Counted from the first letter of the stretch, positions 1-10,389 are shown. The stretch is 64,000 nt of DNA from Candidatus Bathyarchaeota archaeon (GCA_963714275.1 CAVQNT010000002.1:160001-224000); one strand, 5' to 3'. The notes: generated by a model not told the origin, from the sequence alone. Numbers and translations are program-made.

Positions 1-1
1 C

Positions 2-265
2 GTCGTCGTCACAAACCAGGTTCAAGCCAACCCAACAGCTTTCTTCGGAGACCCAAACAGGCCAGCTGGAGGAAACATCATGGCTCACGCCTGCACCCAT
101 AGAGTCTACCTGCGCAAGGGAAGCAAAGGCACACGAATCGCTAGAGTGATCGACAGCCCATGCCTTCCTGAGGTTCCAGCCCGTTTCCTAGTTTCCGAAA
201 AAGGCGTAGAGGACACGCAGGAAGAAGGAGACGACAACTCGGACCAAGACGCTGACGCCCTCTAA
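2..265 (+). CDS. radA: DNA repair/recombination protein RadA, C-terminal part (truncated by window edge)
   Basis: Frame from nt 2 reads [40 protein letters not shown]...[13 protein letters not shown], the typical RadA/Rad51 C-terminus. Confidence 0.93.
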   Translation, partial: VVVTNQVQANPTAFFGDPNRPAGGNIMAHACTHRVYLRKGSKGTRIARVIDSPCLPEVPARFLVSEKGVEDTQEEGDDNSDQDADAL

Positions 266-1321
266 TCCGCCTTCACAATCTTATAACCCGACGCCTTCCT
301 AAGTCTATTCATGACCGCGAGACCTAAACCTTCTAGTGGTACACTCTCGGCAACAATAACGTCTACTTTTTCCTCGTCGAATTTCCTGAGAAGACCAAAA
401 AGGTTCTTGGCTGCAGACGCTGAGTCTGTCCTTTTTCCCAGTGACTTAATTATATTTGCACTATAGTCAGACACGGTTTCATCAGTTGCCAAAATACCTA
501 CCTTTCTTTCCGACCTTTTTTGTGAATCCGCAATTTGCTGAACCTTCTTCATCATGGCTTCAAGCGTTCCCTCAACAAGAATTAGTTTAGCTTTCGGTGC
601 GTAATGCCTGTGTTTCATGCCTGGAGACGGCACTTTAGCTAATCGAGTCCCTTTTCTCGCCAAGATAGACGGATGCAGCTCAACTTTTCCCAACGCTTCC
701 AACAGTTCTTCGTACGGTGTTCCTCCTGGTCTCAGAATTTGGGGAGGGTCAACGGTCATGTCGAGTACGGTTGATTCGACGCCTATATCTGCGGGTCCAC
801 CGTCCAGAATCATTTCTATCCTTCCGTCCAAGTCCTGTTTCACATGTTCCGCCGTGGTTGGGCTTGGTCGTCCCGAAAGGTTGGCGCTTGGAGCCGCTAT
901 GGGCACGCCTGATTCTCTGATTAAGGCTAAGGCGACTTTGTGGCTGGGCATTCTCACAGCCACCGTGTCTAAACCTCCCGTTGTGGCGTCAGGCACCTTC
1001 TCCAAAGCCTTCAGCACCAAAGTCAACGGTCCAGGCCAGAACAGGTCCATCAGTTTCTCAGTCTTTCGAAGGAACCTCCTTAGCCAGTTGAAGGATGTCC
1101 TGTTTGCTGGCTACGTGAATTATTATGGGGTTGTCCAATGGTCTTTTCTTTGCCGCGTAGATTCGTCTTACAGCTTCCGTGTTCATGGCGTCTGCTCCGA
1201 GGCCGTAGACTGTTTCTGTTGGGAACGCAACCAGTCTTCCCTTCTTGATTGTTTGGGCTGCTGAACGGATCTTCGCAGTTTCGGGTTTTTCGCAGTTCAC
1301 TTTTAGGATGATTGTGTGCAA
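262..1321 (-). CDS. sua5: L-threonylcarbamoyladenylate synthase Sua5/TsaC (frameshift near 1055)
   Basis: [15 protein letters not shown] and [12 protein letters not shown] in ORF 1058-1321; [20 protein letters not shown] and [11 protein letters not shown] (SUA5 domain) in ORF 262-1050. Confidence 0.95.
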
Positions 1322-1501
1322 AGTTTTTCAGTCTTCCAGAGGTTGAAGAGGCGGATTAATGTTTTAATGAAGGCGGATTTCTTCTTGTTTCAGTAAACCT
1401 TTATCCTCGTGTTGTGGCTTAAAGACTGTGTGTTGGAGGTTTTTTTGTGCTGGTTCGTGATGGCCACAATTCGGAGAAAGAGTTCAATTTTTCACTGGAA
1501 C

Positions 1502-1864
1502 ATGAGAGCTTGTCAGTGTATACTTTTGGACCGCGACTTGGCAGCTTTAGGAGACGCGTACGTCAATTTCCTTTACTCTCTGGCTCTTTCAAATAGGCAC
1601 CATAAGCCTATTGGTAGAAAAGTTGACAGTTCAATTCTCGCAGTTTCCGTTAGAAAGGCGGGGTTACGGGCGATTTTGCCTTCGAGGACTGACAGGCATA
1701 AGCAGGCGGATGCTGCGGAGGCGTTGATCGTTTATTCTTGGCTGAAGGGCGTTGTTTCGCTTGATGAAGCCGTCCACATATTAGAGAAAGAGGAAAATAT
1801 GGAAGAGGCTTTCAGCGTCTTATTGCGGACGGTCGTTGAGAGACTGAAGATGGAGAAAGTTTAA
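1502..1864 (+). CDS. Archaeal ribonuclease III-family (mini-III-like) protein
   Basis: LAALGDAYVN and ADAAEALI match the two RNase III acidic motifs; no dsRBD; start codon uncertain. Confidence 0.75.
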   Translation: MRACQCILLDRDLAALGDAYVNFLYSLALSNRHHKPIGRKVDSSILAVSVRKAGLRAILPSRTDRHKQADAAEALIVYSWLKGVVSLDEAVHILEKEENMEEAFSVLLRTVVERLKMEKV

Positions 1865-1925
1865 TACCTCATTAAACGATTTTTAAAATGCAATAAATGC
1901 AGTCATCTTTCCAGAAGGTTGGCTA

Positions 1926-2234
1926 ATGAGCGAGGTTTTGACCCCCGTCGTGTACCAGTTGGGAATCGGCGGATTTTTAGGCTTCTTCGTCGGATATGCC
2001 ATAAAAAAGATGACGAAGGTTTTAGCTGTCCTTATTGGTATAGGCGCTCTCATCCTCATCTATTTGGGGTATGAAGGCATCATCAGCATAAACTATGACA
2101 AGCTGGTTGAGATGATTGAGCGCCTGATGGGAACGGCAAGCCAAGCCTCAACTGTTTTGACGCCTATAATTGCGAATCTGCCTTTCGCTGGAAGCTTCAT
2201 CGCAGGCTTAGCTGTCGGCATAAAACTTGGATAA
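1926..2234 (+). CDS. FUN14-family membrane protein
   Basis: QLGIGGFLGFFVGYAIKK...GIISINY...FAGSFIAGLAVG pattern. Confidence 0.85.
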   Translation: MSEVLTPVVYQLGIGGFLGFFVGYAIKKMTKVLAVLIGIGALILIYLGYEGIISINYDKLVEMIERLMGTASQASTVLTPIIANLPFAGSFIAGLAVGIKLG

Positions 2235-2301
2235 AAAACTGTTTCTTTTTTTCTTGAATATCCTGAAAAAGGATGTTTAAAGGACTAAATTTTTATTTTG
2301 T

Positions 2302-2583
2302 TTATTCCTTAAGTGCAGTAGCGAAGGCTTCGTTGAGTTCTTTGCCTCGTTGAAGGATTTTTTCGCATGCTTCTTTCAGGGCTTCTTCTGGCTTTTTTCC
2401 TTTGCCTGTTCGGACCGTGACTATCGTATTAGAAATTAGCGGATGTATCATGTTGTAACCTGCGAACTCAACCTTTTCGTCTTCCAGAAGAACTGACTCC
2501 AGCAGATTGCAGAAGGTGTGTCCTTCGCCTTCAACCTCAACCTTCATTTCGCGGTCGGATTTTTCAAGAACTTTTAACTGCAT
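2302..2583 (-). CDS. rpoL: DNA-directed RNA polymerase subunit L (Rpo11)
   Basis: GEGHTFCNLL...FAGYNMIHPL signature; follows csl4. Confidence 0.95.
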   Translation of the reverse strand: MQLKVLEKSDREMKVEVEGEGHTFCNLLESVLLEDEKVEFAGYNMIHPLISNTIVTVRTGKGKKPEEALKEACEKILQRGKELNEAFATALKE

Positions 2584-2597
2584 CGGTGTTTCCTCTT

Positions 2598-3170
2598 TCA
2601 CAGTGTTCCTTTACCGTAATCTAGGGCAATCTTCCGTCTTTCGATATAGTCGCACTCTTCGCATTTTAGTTCGTTGCGACTTAATGATAGGATGCCTCCG
2701 CAATGCGAGCAGTAGGCTAAGATTACGCCGAGGTTGTCGCCCTTTGTTGAAAGGTGGAACGTCTGGTTTTTATCGCTGATGACCTTCGCTCGGACGAGGT
2801 CTCCAGGCCTGAAAGCGTCAAAAATGTTTTCGGTGTACTTGAAACTCACGTCTGAGACGTGGATGAGTCCAGAAAAATGGCTTGATATAAACCTGTTTCC
2901 AACCATATTAATACGGATGTTAGCCATTGAGATTTGAACGCCTGTGGCGTCGCCGACGATTATGTCTCCTACCTGTGGGACGTTATAATTTTTGGCTGCA
3001 GCGTAGACTGAAACCTTTTTGTTGACGTGGTCCATCAGGACGTACCCGACGCTTTTTGAGTGTATGACGCCTTCTTCAACGTACGTGCCTGAGTCCGCGA
3101 TGAACTCTTCAATCACGCCGAGCTTCTGTCCCGGGACGACAAACTGTCCGCTCTGTCTGTTTTCGCTCAT
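2598..3170 (-). CDS. csl4: Exosome complex RNA-binding protein Csl4
   Basis: VVPGQKLG..EEF N-terminus, S1 domain (FRPGDLVRAKV), C-terminal Zn ribbon CSHC..CEEC, ERRKIA. Confidence 0.93.
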   Translation of the reverse strand: MSENRQSGQFVVPGQKLGVIEEFIADSGTYVEEGVIHSKSVGYVLMDHVNKKVSVYAAAKNYNVPQVGDIIVGDATGVQISMANIRINMVGNRFISSHFSGLIHVSDVSFKYTENIFDAFRPGDLVRAKVISDKNQTFHLSTKGDNLGVILAYCSHCGGILSLSRNELKCEECDYIERRKIALDYGKGTL

Positions 3171-3278
3171 AACTGTTTCAACTTTTAGATGTGCCGTTTA
3201 GGATTGACTCTAAAGAAACCATTGGAAGCTCACATATTCAGCTTTGCTGTAAAAGATAATCTGCGTGAACCATTTTTC

Positions 3279-3894
3279 TCAGCTGGTTTTTAGGATTCTG
3301 TACATGTCGACCATGACTGGATACTTTCGTTTCGTGTGGAAGCTGTAGGTGCGTTGGATGACGATTTCCATTTCTCGAATCTGGTCGATTTTTCCTCCGA
3401 TTCTGGGCATTTTTTGTTTAAGAAAACCGCGGACTGAGTCGCTTTTTTTGTGCAGAGAATAGACAACATCCACGATTTCCAGGGCTTTTTCCAAGAATTG
3501 GACGTCGGCTCCTCTTTTTCTCGTGCCAAAAGGCGGGTTCATTAATGCCGTGTCGAAGTGTCCCCTTACGCATTGTATGTCGCCCGCAATTAAATCGACG
3601 TCTGCATCCGCTTTCAAGGCGTTGCTTTTGGCTGCTTTCACCGCTTCTTTGTCTATGTCGACTCCGACAACCATTTTTGCTCCCGTCAACGCCGCTGAGA
3701 TTGCTAGGATACCCGAGCCGCAGCCTAGGTCCACAACGGTTTTTTCGTTGATATCATCGTTTACCCACGAGGCGACGTGCACCATTTCAGCCTGCAGCTT
3801 CAGGGTCAAGGGTGTATCCTTCCCATCTGAGTTTCGGCTTTGGGCTGGGAGCGAGCTGAGAAAGCAGCATTGAAAGGTGCTTCTTTTTCATCAT
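3279..3894 (-). CDS. METTL5-family SAM-dependent methyltransferase (frameshift near 3790)
   Basis: [22 protein letters not shown]-terminus; DLGCGSG; NPPFG; HTKR; conserved dph2-METTL5-csl4-rpoL gene order. Confidence 0.9.
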
Positions 3895-3934
3895 GGCTGT
3901 TTCAAACCAGCGATTGGTCTTTTGGGTTGTCGGT

Positions 3935-4939
3935 TCACAACAGACCCTTTTTGAGCAGGTCTTCCCATCCTGTCTTTCCAAGAGCCACGCTGACCTCGGC
4001 GACGGTGAGCACGGGTTTCTTGAAGCCTGAAGACTCGTCTAGAGCAATTCTTGGGCAGGCTGTGTTCACGAACGCGTCTAAGTTTGGGAACTGCATGAGG
4101 TTGGCTGCGGTTATTTCACGTAAAGACAGTAGGACTGTTTTTTTGCCGTTTTTTTCGAGTTCTATCTTGATGTTTGTGGCTGCTTGAATGTTGGTTTGGC
4201 CAGGTTTCAGTCCAACTATTACGCCGAAGTTTCGGGCGTTTTGGGCTTCGACGATGCTGGTCCACCGTTTTCGGATAGTTTTTTGCGCATACTCGTCTAT
4301 GGCGTAGGCTGTGTTCTCGAAGGGGTCAGCAACCACGGTTGGCTTCATCGTGGCGAGGAACAGTCCAAGTGGATGGAAGCGTCCTCCTCCTATGTAGAGG
4401 AAGGCTTCAACCTCGTCCTTGACAACTTTTGCGTTGGCGTAGTCGCAGCCCAGTATTTGACCTGGGGATTTTCCGTGTCCCGTGTTTCCGATGTAGACCG
4501 TTTTTTGGGCTTTCTCAAGAATTTTCTTTGCCTGTTCAAGCCTGTCTGCGTGCTGGATTGTCGTAGCGAGCCCGATTTTTTTCCACGGTTGAATGAGTAG
4601 AACTGCCTTTTTGAGTATCGGTTCAACTTTGAGTTTGGCTTTCGCCACGATGTAGACTATTGGCGCTGAGACATTTTTTGGCTTAACCATTTCGGAGTGG
4701 CCATAGTGGACGATGAGGTCTGCTCCGAGAATTTCAGCATCGCACAACGGAATGTCGCAGGCTCCGTAACATGGGTCTCCAGAAACTTTTGCTTGGGCTC
4801 CAGCCTTCTTTATGGTCTCAGATAATCTTAGAGCTTGAGGTTTCAGCCCTTCAGGTAGCTGAAGTAGAACTTTTTTGGCACCCCGTTTTTTTATTTCTTC
4901 CTGAAGCTTGGCTTCTTCCAGGTCAAAGAGGTCGTTCAA
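3935..4939 (-). CDS. dph2: Diphthamide biosynthesis enzyme Dph2
   Basis: LQLPEGLK, CYGACD, HYGH, GQILGC, GGGRFH, TACPRI. Confidence 0.95.
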   Translation of the reverse strand: MNDLFDLEEAKLQEEIKKRGAKKVLLQLPEGLKPQALRLSETIKKAGAQAKVSGDPCYGACDIPLCDAEILGADLIVHYGHSEMVKPKNVSAPIVYIVAKAKLKVEPILKKAVLLIQPWKKIGLATTIQHADRLEQAKKILEKAQKTVYIGNTGHGKSPGQILGCDYANAKVVKDEVEAFLYIGGGRFHPLGLFLATMKPTVVADPFENTAYAIDEYAQKTIRKRWTSIVEAQNARNFGVIVGLKPGQTNIQAATNIKIELEKNGKKTVLLSLREITAANLMQFPNLDAFVNTACPRIALDESSGFKKPVLTVAEVSVALGKTGWEDLLKKGLL

Positions 4940-5017
4940 CGTTTTTTCCCGCTACGGGTATCGTTTCTGGTTCTCGTTTAAAGCTTGAATTGGGTTTCAC
5001 TTAAGGGTTGTCTAGGA

Positions 5018-5340
5018 GGTCTGTTTTGTTCATCATCCGAATTTGCTGTTTGAACAACACTCTGCATTGGCTGAGACCTGTCTGTTTTGTGTGACATTAG
5101 GATTTTCCGTTTGCATAACAATACACAATCTGTGAAGACCTGTCCTGTTTTGTGGCGCACCTACTCTGTTGTTTTGGGACGCAAATCCTGTTTATCATAT
5201 TGATTGTGAAGTTTTTTTTATGAATTTATGGATACGCTGTGGATTTTGGAAAGATTTTCTGGTCTGATGTATGTAACAACAGAGTTTTCAATTTGAGTAA
5301 CAAATCGTAGGCTGTGAAGAATGTGCTTTTTGTAGCGCGA
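5018..5340 (+). repeat. Phased intergenic repeat array, copy A of a dispersed family
   Basis: Paired TTTG sites at 5025/5049, 5086/5110, 5149/5173 and (5268)/5292, plus 5329; 5261-5340 is a degenerate repeat of 5079-5160; colinear with 42743-42865 and, reverse-complemented, with 31300-31385. Confidence 0.8.
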
Positions 5341-5364
5341 TTATTCTTTAAAACACGGTAGTGG

Positions 5365-6543
5365 TTACGTGTATTTTCCGTGGCGCTTTGTTATTTGGTA
5401 GGCATAATTAAGGTTTTCTGATGGAGTGTTAGGTGCTACGTTATTTCCTTCTCCGAAGATGAATTTTCTTCCCCTAGTCACGTTGGACCTTATTATTCTC
5501 AGGATTTCTTTTTCAATCTTTTCTTTGGGACCTTCCAAAAGGGTTGCTATATGTAGATTGCCTCTCATGATTACGTCTTCGCCGAGGATTTCTCTGGCTT
5601 TCTCCAAATTCAGAGGGAAGCCTGTATCCAAAGACCTTATGTGGAGCTCGTCTCTCAAAGTTTCGAGGTGCTGCTCCACGGCTCCGCACAGATGTATTCC
5701 AGGTCTTCCAGCGCAGAAGGTCTCTACAATTCTTTTATGCAGAGGTAGGACGAACCTTCTGTAGGCTTTGGGTGATAGAAACTGTATGCCATCATCGGCG
5801 AAGCCGAAGTTTTTGTAAGGAAAGATGATTCCCAAAAACTTGTGCCAAGCCTTCATTCTTTCTGTCAATGCGTCCGCCATGAACCATAGAAAATTCTCCG
5901 CGAAATCGGGGTCTCTATAGAGCATTTTGACGATTTCTCCCCCAGTTGTGGTGACAGCTATCGTGAAGGGTCCGTCCGTTCCTGAAGGGGTTCCTATGTT
6001 CCCAAGGGGCACATCTTTGAAGGTGAAGCCTTCATTTCGCTTATCCTGATAGTATTCGTAGTGGTTTTTGACCCTTGCCATAAATCCCGTGAATGGGTCA
6101 GGTATGCCTTTTGCCATAAAGTTTTTCATGTCTTCTCTGGTTTTAAGGAAAGGCTTGACGTCTGGAACCTGTTTTTCTATAAAGTTGAGGGGTGCTCCAA
6201 GCCAGGATGCCTCGTAGACGTTTTGGAGGCTGACGCTTACGTCCCACTTCTTGGGAAGCCCCATTTCCCAATCGCACCATACGTTGTGTCTCCTCCAATA
6301 CTCAAACTCAAGCTCAACCTTCAATGAGACTTCGGGTTTCTCGAAAACATCCGCAAAGCTGTAGCCCCAAATATTCAGAGAAGGGTCAAGAAGAACCATT
6401 TTATTGTTCAAGGACCATTGGACGGGGATTCTGTCGGGTTTTCCATCCTCAAAATTTTTCCAAAGCCTACTTACTTCCTTGTTGTGCTTCTCGAAAACCG
6501 AGTCTGTTCTGTCACGGGAAACCTTTCCTGTATCATTGCTCAT
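5365..6543 (-). CDS. Uroporphyrinogen decarboxylase (URO-D)/MtaA-like methyltransferase family protein
   Basis: GPFTIA, FADD..FLSP..Y..FVLP, HLCG, GNLH, FIFGEGNNVAPNTP.EN. Confidence 0.85.
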   Translation of the reverse strand: MSNDTGKVSRDRTDSVFEKHNKEVSRLWKNFEDGKPDRIPVQWSLNNKMVLLDPSLNIWGYSFADVFEKPEVSLKVELEFEYWRRHNVWCDWEMGLPKKWDVSVSLQNVYEASWLGAPLNFIEKQVPDVKPFLKTREDMKNFMAKGIPDPFTGFMARVKNHYEYYQDKRNEGFTFKDVPLGNIGTPSGTDGPFTIAVTTTGGEIVKMLYRDPDFAENFLWFMADALTERMKAWHKFLGIIFPYKNFGFADDGIQFLSPKAYRRFVLPLHKRIVETFCAGRPGIHLCGAVEQHLETLRDELHIRSLDTGFPLNLEKAREILGEDVIMRGNLHIATLLEGPKEKIEKEILRIIRSNVTRGRKFIFGEGNNVAPNTPSENLNYAYQITKRHGKYT

Positions 6544-6741
6544 AATGGAAACTCCGACTGTTGATCTTTTATAATGTTTTTTAGTGTGAACAATCAATCC
6601 TCATGATTGTATAAAGCTTATTGTTTCTAGACAGAACCTTTTTGAATACTTCAGCCTTTTACAGTTGCCTTATGAACGAAAAGAAAAAGAGGCGAATACC
6701 TTGATGGCTCAGAATGGTTGCTAGACCTATTTCAAAAAAAT

Positions 6742-7065
6742 TTATTTGATTTCGATGAGTTCCATGGCTTCGTTAAAATAGTTTAGGACATTTATACCCT
6801 TCTCTGTTATCTTGTAGGTTACATGTGTTCCCTGGTTTTCGGGCGCAATCAGCTGCTGCTTAATCATGGCGTCGAGAACCTGCATTAGAGGCTTCCAAGA
6901 AAGATTTGTCCTGTACATGATGCGGGTCGGCTTGTGCACGCCTTTCCTTATTGCCTGTAAGACGTCGAGGTAAATCTCAATCCGTGACCGTTTAGAGCTC
7001 ACTCTAAACACCAAGAAGATAACAGTAACTGAAATACATAAAAGACAATGTGCGTATCTTAACAC
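6742..7065 (-). CDS. Winged helix-turn-helix transcriptional regulator (true start probably near 7000)
   Basis: KRSRIEIYLDVL..PTRIMYRTNLSW..YKITEKG, archaeal wHTH pattern. Confidence 0.85.
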   Translation of the reverse strand: MLRYAHCLLCISVTVIFLVFRVSSKRSRIEIYLDVLQAIRKGVHKPTRIMYRTNLSWKPLMQVLDAMIKQQLIAPENQGTHVTYKITEKGINVLNYFNEAMELIEIK

Positions 7066-7214
7066 GACACAATGGGCTCATATTAGAAATAAAAGACATG
7101 TCAAAATCAATGTTTGATAAATTATTGATTAGATCATCTTTATTTTAAAACCAAAAAAGAAATATCGAATCCTGCAATATATCTAAAGCATACAAAGCTT
7201 AATGGAGTTAAGGA

Positions 7215-7748
7215 TTGGAAATGGAGTTTTTTGATGTTATTCGAACCCGTCGCAGTGTGCGTTCGTTCAAGCCTGATCTTGTTCCAGACGAAGTGTTAAG
7301 CAGAATCTTGGAAGCTGTCCGCATTGCGCCGAGTGGAAGCAACCGTCAGCCTTGGCGGTTCATAATCGTCAAAGACGAAACCGTAAAAAAGAAGCTCATC
7401 CCAGCGTGCGGAGACCAGAAGTGGCTGGCTGAGGCTCCCGTCATCGTCGTGGCTTGCGGGCAAATTTTCGACTGGAACCGAGGCAGCTACATGGGCGAAC
7501 ACAGCGTGCTTGTAGACGTAAGCATCGCCATGACGCACCTAATTCTTGCAGCCAGAAACGAGGGGCTAGGCACATGCTGGATAGGATTCTTCAACAATGC
7601 TGAAGTCAAAAAGGTACTCGAAGTCCCCGAAGGCTGGAACGTCGTAGGGGTGACACCTCTCGGCTGCCCTAAAGCTGTAGAAAAAGCCTTCACTGAACCT
7701 GGACCCCGAAAACAGCTCAGCGAAATCGTGTCAATAGACAAGTTCTAA
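7215..7748 (+). CDS. Nitroreductase family protein
   Basis: RRSVRSF, APSGSNRQPW, GLGTCWIG. Confidence 0.93.
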   Translation: MEMEFFDVIRTRRSVRSFKPDLVPDEVLSRILEAVRIAPSGSNRQPWRFIIVKDETVKKKLIPACGDQKWLAEAPVIVVACGQIFDWNRGSYMGEHSVLVDVSIAMTHLILAARNEGLGTCWIGFFNNAEVKKVLEVPEGWNVVGVTPLGCPKAVEKAFTEPGPRKQLSEIVSIDKF

Positions 7749-7805
7749 CCACGATTACGGATTGGAAAGGAAGGAAAAAACATCCGTTCTGAACTCTTCC
7801 GCCGC

Positions 7806-8190
7806 ATGCTTGACAAAAACAACATCATAGCCGTGGTTGGAGCCAGCCGGAACCCCGAAAAATACGGACACCGAGTCTACATGGACCTTAAACAGGCAGA
7901 CTACAAGGTTTACCCCGTTAACCCTAATGCGGACGAGGTCCTCGGAGACAAATGCTTCCCGAGCCTTACGTCGTTGCCAAGGAAACCTGACGTCGTCAAC
8001 CTTGTTGTTCCGCCGCCCGTCACCGAACAAACCGTCCAAGAATGCAGACAGACTCAGCGTAACCATGGCGTGGATGCAGCCCGGCAGCGAATCAGAAAAA
8101 GCCATAAAATACTGCAGAGAAAACGGCATCCAAGTGGTCCATGGCGAATGCATCATGGTCCAGAGGAGACGGCTGCAGCAGCTGCTATGA
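7806..8190 (+). CDS. CoA-binding protein (frameshift near 8050)
   Basis: IAVVGASRNPEKYG..YPVNP in one frame; WMQPGSES..ECIMV in another. Confidence 0.9.
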
Positions 8191-8206
8191 AGGAAGGTGA
8201 ACAATA

Positions 8207-8752
8207 GTGCAGAGACTGAAACCGCAGGAAACAACAATCGTCGAGCTTAAAGCCAAAGTGGACAACCTCGAACCGTTCAGAAAAAAGCTCGAGTCCTTAA
8301 AAGCGGAGCACATTGGAGCCGTCCGCCAAATCGACACGTACTACGAGGTTCCGCAGGGGAGACTGAAACTCAGAGAAACCGAAGGCGAAAACGAGGCGCA
8401 GATCGTCTACTACGAAAGACCCGACGTCAAAGGTCTCAAAAAAAGCCAAGTTTTCATAACTGAGCTCCCGAAGCCGCAGTTCATGAAGCAGTTCCTCAGC
8501 AACGTTCTCCGCACAAAAACCATCGTCGACAAACAACGGATAATCTACAAAGTCGAAGGAACGCAAGTGCACCTCGACAAGGTAAAAAACCTCGGAACCT
8601 ACGTCGAATTCGAAAGACCAACCGAAAACACGCCTGAAACCACAAAGAAAGCCCATGAAACACTGGAAAAACTCATGGAAACATTAGGCATAAAACCTGA
8701 GACCCTTCAGAAGGGCAGCTACAGCGACCTCATCATGCAGCGTGGGGGATGA
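8207..8752 (+). CDS. cyaB: Class IV adenylate cyclase / CYTH-domain protein
   Basis: ELKAK, QIDTYY, RLKLR, HLDKVKNLGTYVEFE, SYSDL. Confidence 0.88.
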   Translation: MQRLKPQETTIVELKAKVDNLEPFRKKLESLKAEHIGAVRQIDTYYEVPQGRLKLRETEGENEAQIVYYERPDVKGLKKSQVFITELPKPQFMKQFLSNVLRTKTIVDKQRIIYKVEGTQVHLDKVKNLGTYVEFERPTENTPETTKKAHETLEKLMETLGIKPETLQKGSYSDLIMQRGG

Positions 8753-8798
8753 AGAACAAAATCCAAGAAAAAAAAATAAAAAAAGGGATATACTGAAG

Positions 8799-9308
8799 CT
8801 ACTTTTTCAGTAGCTTAAGGGTTTCTCGGCAGAAGTCAGGTAGATCAGGCGGAACTCTGGACGTCACAAGGTTCCCGTCTACAACCACGGAACGGTCCTC
8901 CCAAGTAGCGCCCGCGTTCCTCAAATCCGTCGCCACCGCAACGTAACTTGTGACCTTCCTTCCCCGCACCACGTCAGCCTCAATAAGCATCTGTGGACCG
9001 TGACAGATTGCAGCTATGACTTTGCCCTTTTCGAAGGCGGACTTAACCAAGTTAACTAAAGGTTTCTTTGTCCTCATCCTATCCGGCGCCCTTCCTCCGG
9101 GAACAATAACAGCATCGTACTCGCTAATTTTCACGTCTTCCGCAGCTAAGTCCGCTACCAAACGGTAACCGTTGTCGCCAACGTACGCTTCCTTAGCTTT
9201 CGATCCAACCAAATCTACCTTGAAACCTGCTTCCTGAAGCCGATAATACGGAACAAGAAGCTCCGCTTCTTGAAACCCATTGTCAATCAGAACCAGTGCC
9301 TTCCGCAT
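8799..9308 (-). CDS. pfpI: PfpI/DJ-1 family protease/deglycase
   Basis: VIVPGG.APD, AAICHGP, DGNLVTSR.P.DL. Confidence 0.92.
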   Translation of the reverse strand: MRKALVLIDNGFQEAELLVPYYRLQEAGFKVDLVGSKAKEAYVGDNGYRLVADLAAEDVKISEYDAVIVPGGRAPDRMRTKKPLVNLVKSAFEKGKVIAAICHGPQMLIEADVVRGRKVTSYVAVATDLRNAGATWEDRSVVVDGNLVTSRVPPDLPDFCRETLKLLKK

Positions 9309-9450
9309 GAACATCACCAAAAACAAAAAAAAGCACAGCAACAGTTAAACATTCCGAACGCAACAGACAAACCACGGAAACAAGACTTGAAAACTTTTTA
9401 ATTTAGGAAACCCATAATCTTTTCAGAAAACTGTGCGAAGGCAGTTAGCA

Positions 9451-10389
9451 ATGTACGACGTCATAATAATCGGTTCTGGACCCGCAGGCTTAACCGCAGC
9501 CATCTACACGAGCAGAGCGGGGCTAAAAACCCTCGTCGCAGCCGGAACCGCGTGGGGCGGACAGCTCATGCTCACAGCTGATGTAGAAAACTTTCCGGGA
9601 TTCAAAGACGGAATCCTCGGACCCGACCTCATGGACAACATGTACAAGCAGGCTGAACGGTTCGGCGCAGAAATCATGTTTGAAGATACCACCGAGGTTG
9701 ATTTTTCAAAAAGACCCTTCAAGGTGAAAGCCGGAGACACAGTGTACGAGGGGTTTTCCGTAATCATTTCAACCGGAGCTTCACCGAAGTGGCTGGGGCT
9801 TGAAAGCGAACAACGTTTAAGGGGCAGAGGAGTCTCAGTCTGTACAACCTGCGACGCGGCTTTCTTCAGGGACAAAGTAGCCGTGGTCGTGGGCGGAGGA
9901 GACACCGCACTGCAGGAAGCCTTAGAACTATCAAGGTTCGTAAGCCAAGCCAAAATTGTCCACAGAAGAAACCAGCTGCGGGCTTCAAATGTTCTTCAGG
10001 AACGAGCCTCCAAAAATCCAAAAATTGAGTTCATCTGGAACAGCATGGTTCAGGAGATTCTCGGCAAAAACCAGGTTGAAGGTGTTAAGCTAAAAAGGAC
10101 AGACACGGGTGAGGAGTCTGAGTTGAAATGCGACGCGGTTTTCGTGGCCATCGGGCATGAACCTAACACTCAGGTTTTCAAGGGGCAGGTTGAACTTGAC
10201 GGAAAAGGCTATGTCGTCGTCAAAGGCGAGACCAGAACAAGCGTCGAAGGAGTCTTCGTAGCAGGCGACGTTCAGGACTACCGATACAAGCAGGCTGTAA
10301 CCGCCGCAGGCGCAGGATGCAAAGCTGCGTTAGACGCCCAAAGATTCCTTGAAGAAAACATAGAAAACAGTTTCATATACACTGCCTAA
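9451..10389 (+). CDS. trxB: Thioredoxin reductase
   Basis: GSGPAG, GGQL, CTTCD redox motif, GGGDTA, FVAGDV, QAVTAAG.GC. Confidence 0.96.
   Translation: MYDVIIIGSGPAGLTAAIYTSRAGLKTLVAAGTAWGGQLMLTADVENFPGFKDGILGPDLMDNMYKQAERFGAEIMFEDTTEVDFSKRPFKVKAGDTVYEGFSVIISTGASPKWLGLESEQRLRGRGVSVCTTCDAAFFRDKVAVVVGGGDTALQEALELSRFVSQAKIVHRRNQLRASNVLQERASKNPKIEFIWNSMVQEILGKNQVEGVKLKRTDTGEESELKCDAVFVAIGHEPNTQVFKGQVELDGKGYVVVKGETRTSVEGVFVAGDVQDYRYKQAVTAAGAGCKAALDAQRFLEENIENSFIYTA

Noticed and set aside
4978-5160. Short ORFs overlapping the repeat copies (also 31160-31402 and 42786-42983)
   Set aside because: The reading frames are not conserved between the homologous copies, so the element appears to be non-coding.
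5018-5340. CRISPR array, integron attC array or replication origin
   Set aside because: The repeats are degenerate rather than identical. No cas, intI or orc1/cdc6 gene is present, and I saw no RYYYAAC/GTTRRRY ends or ORB consensus with a G-string.
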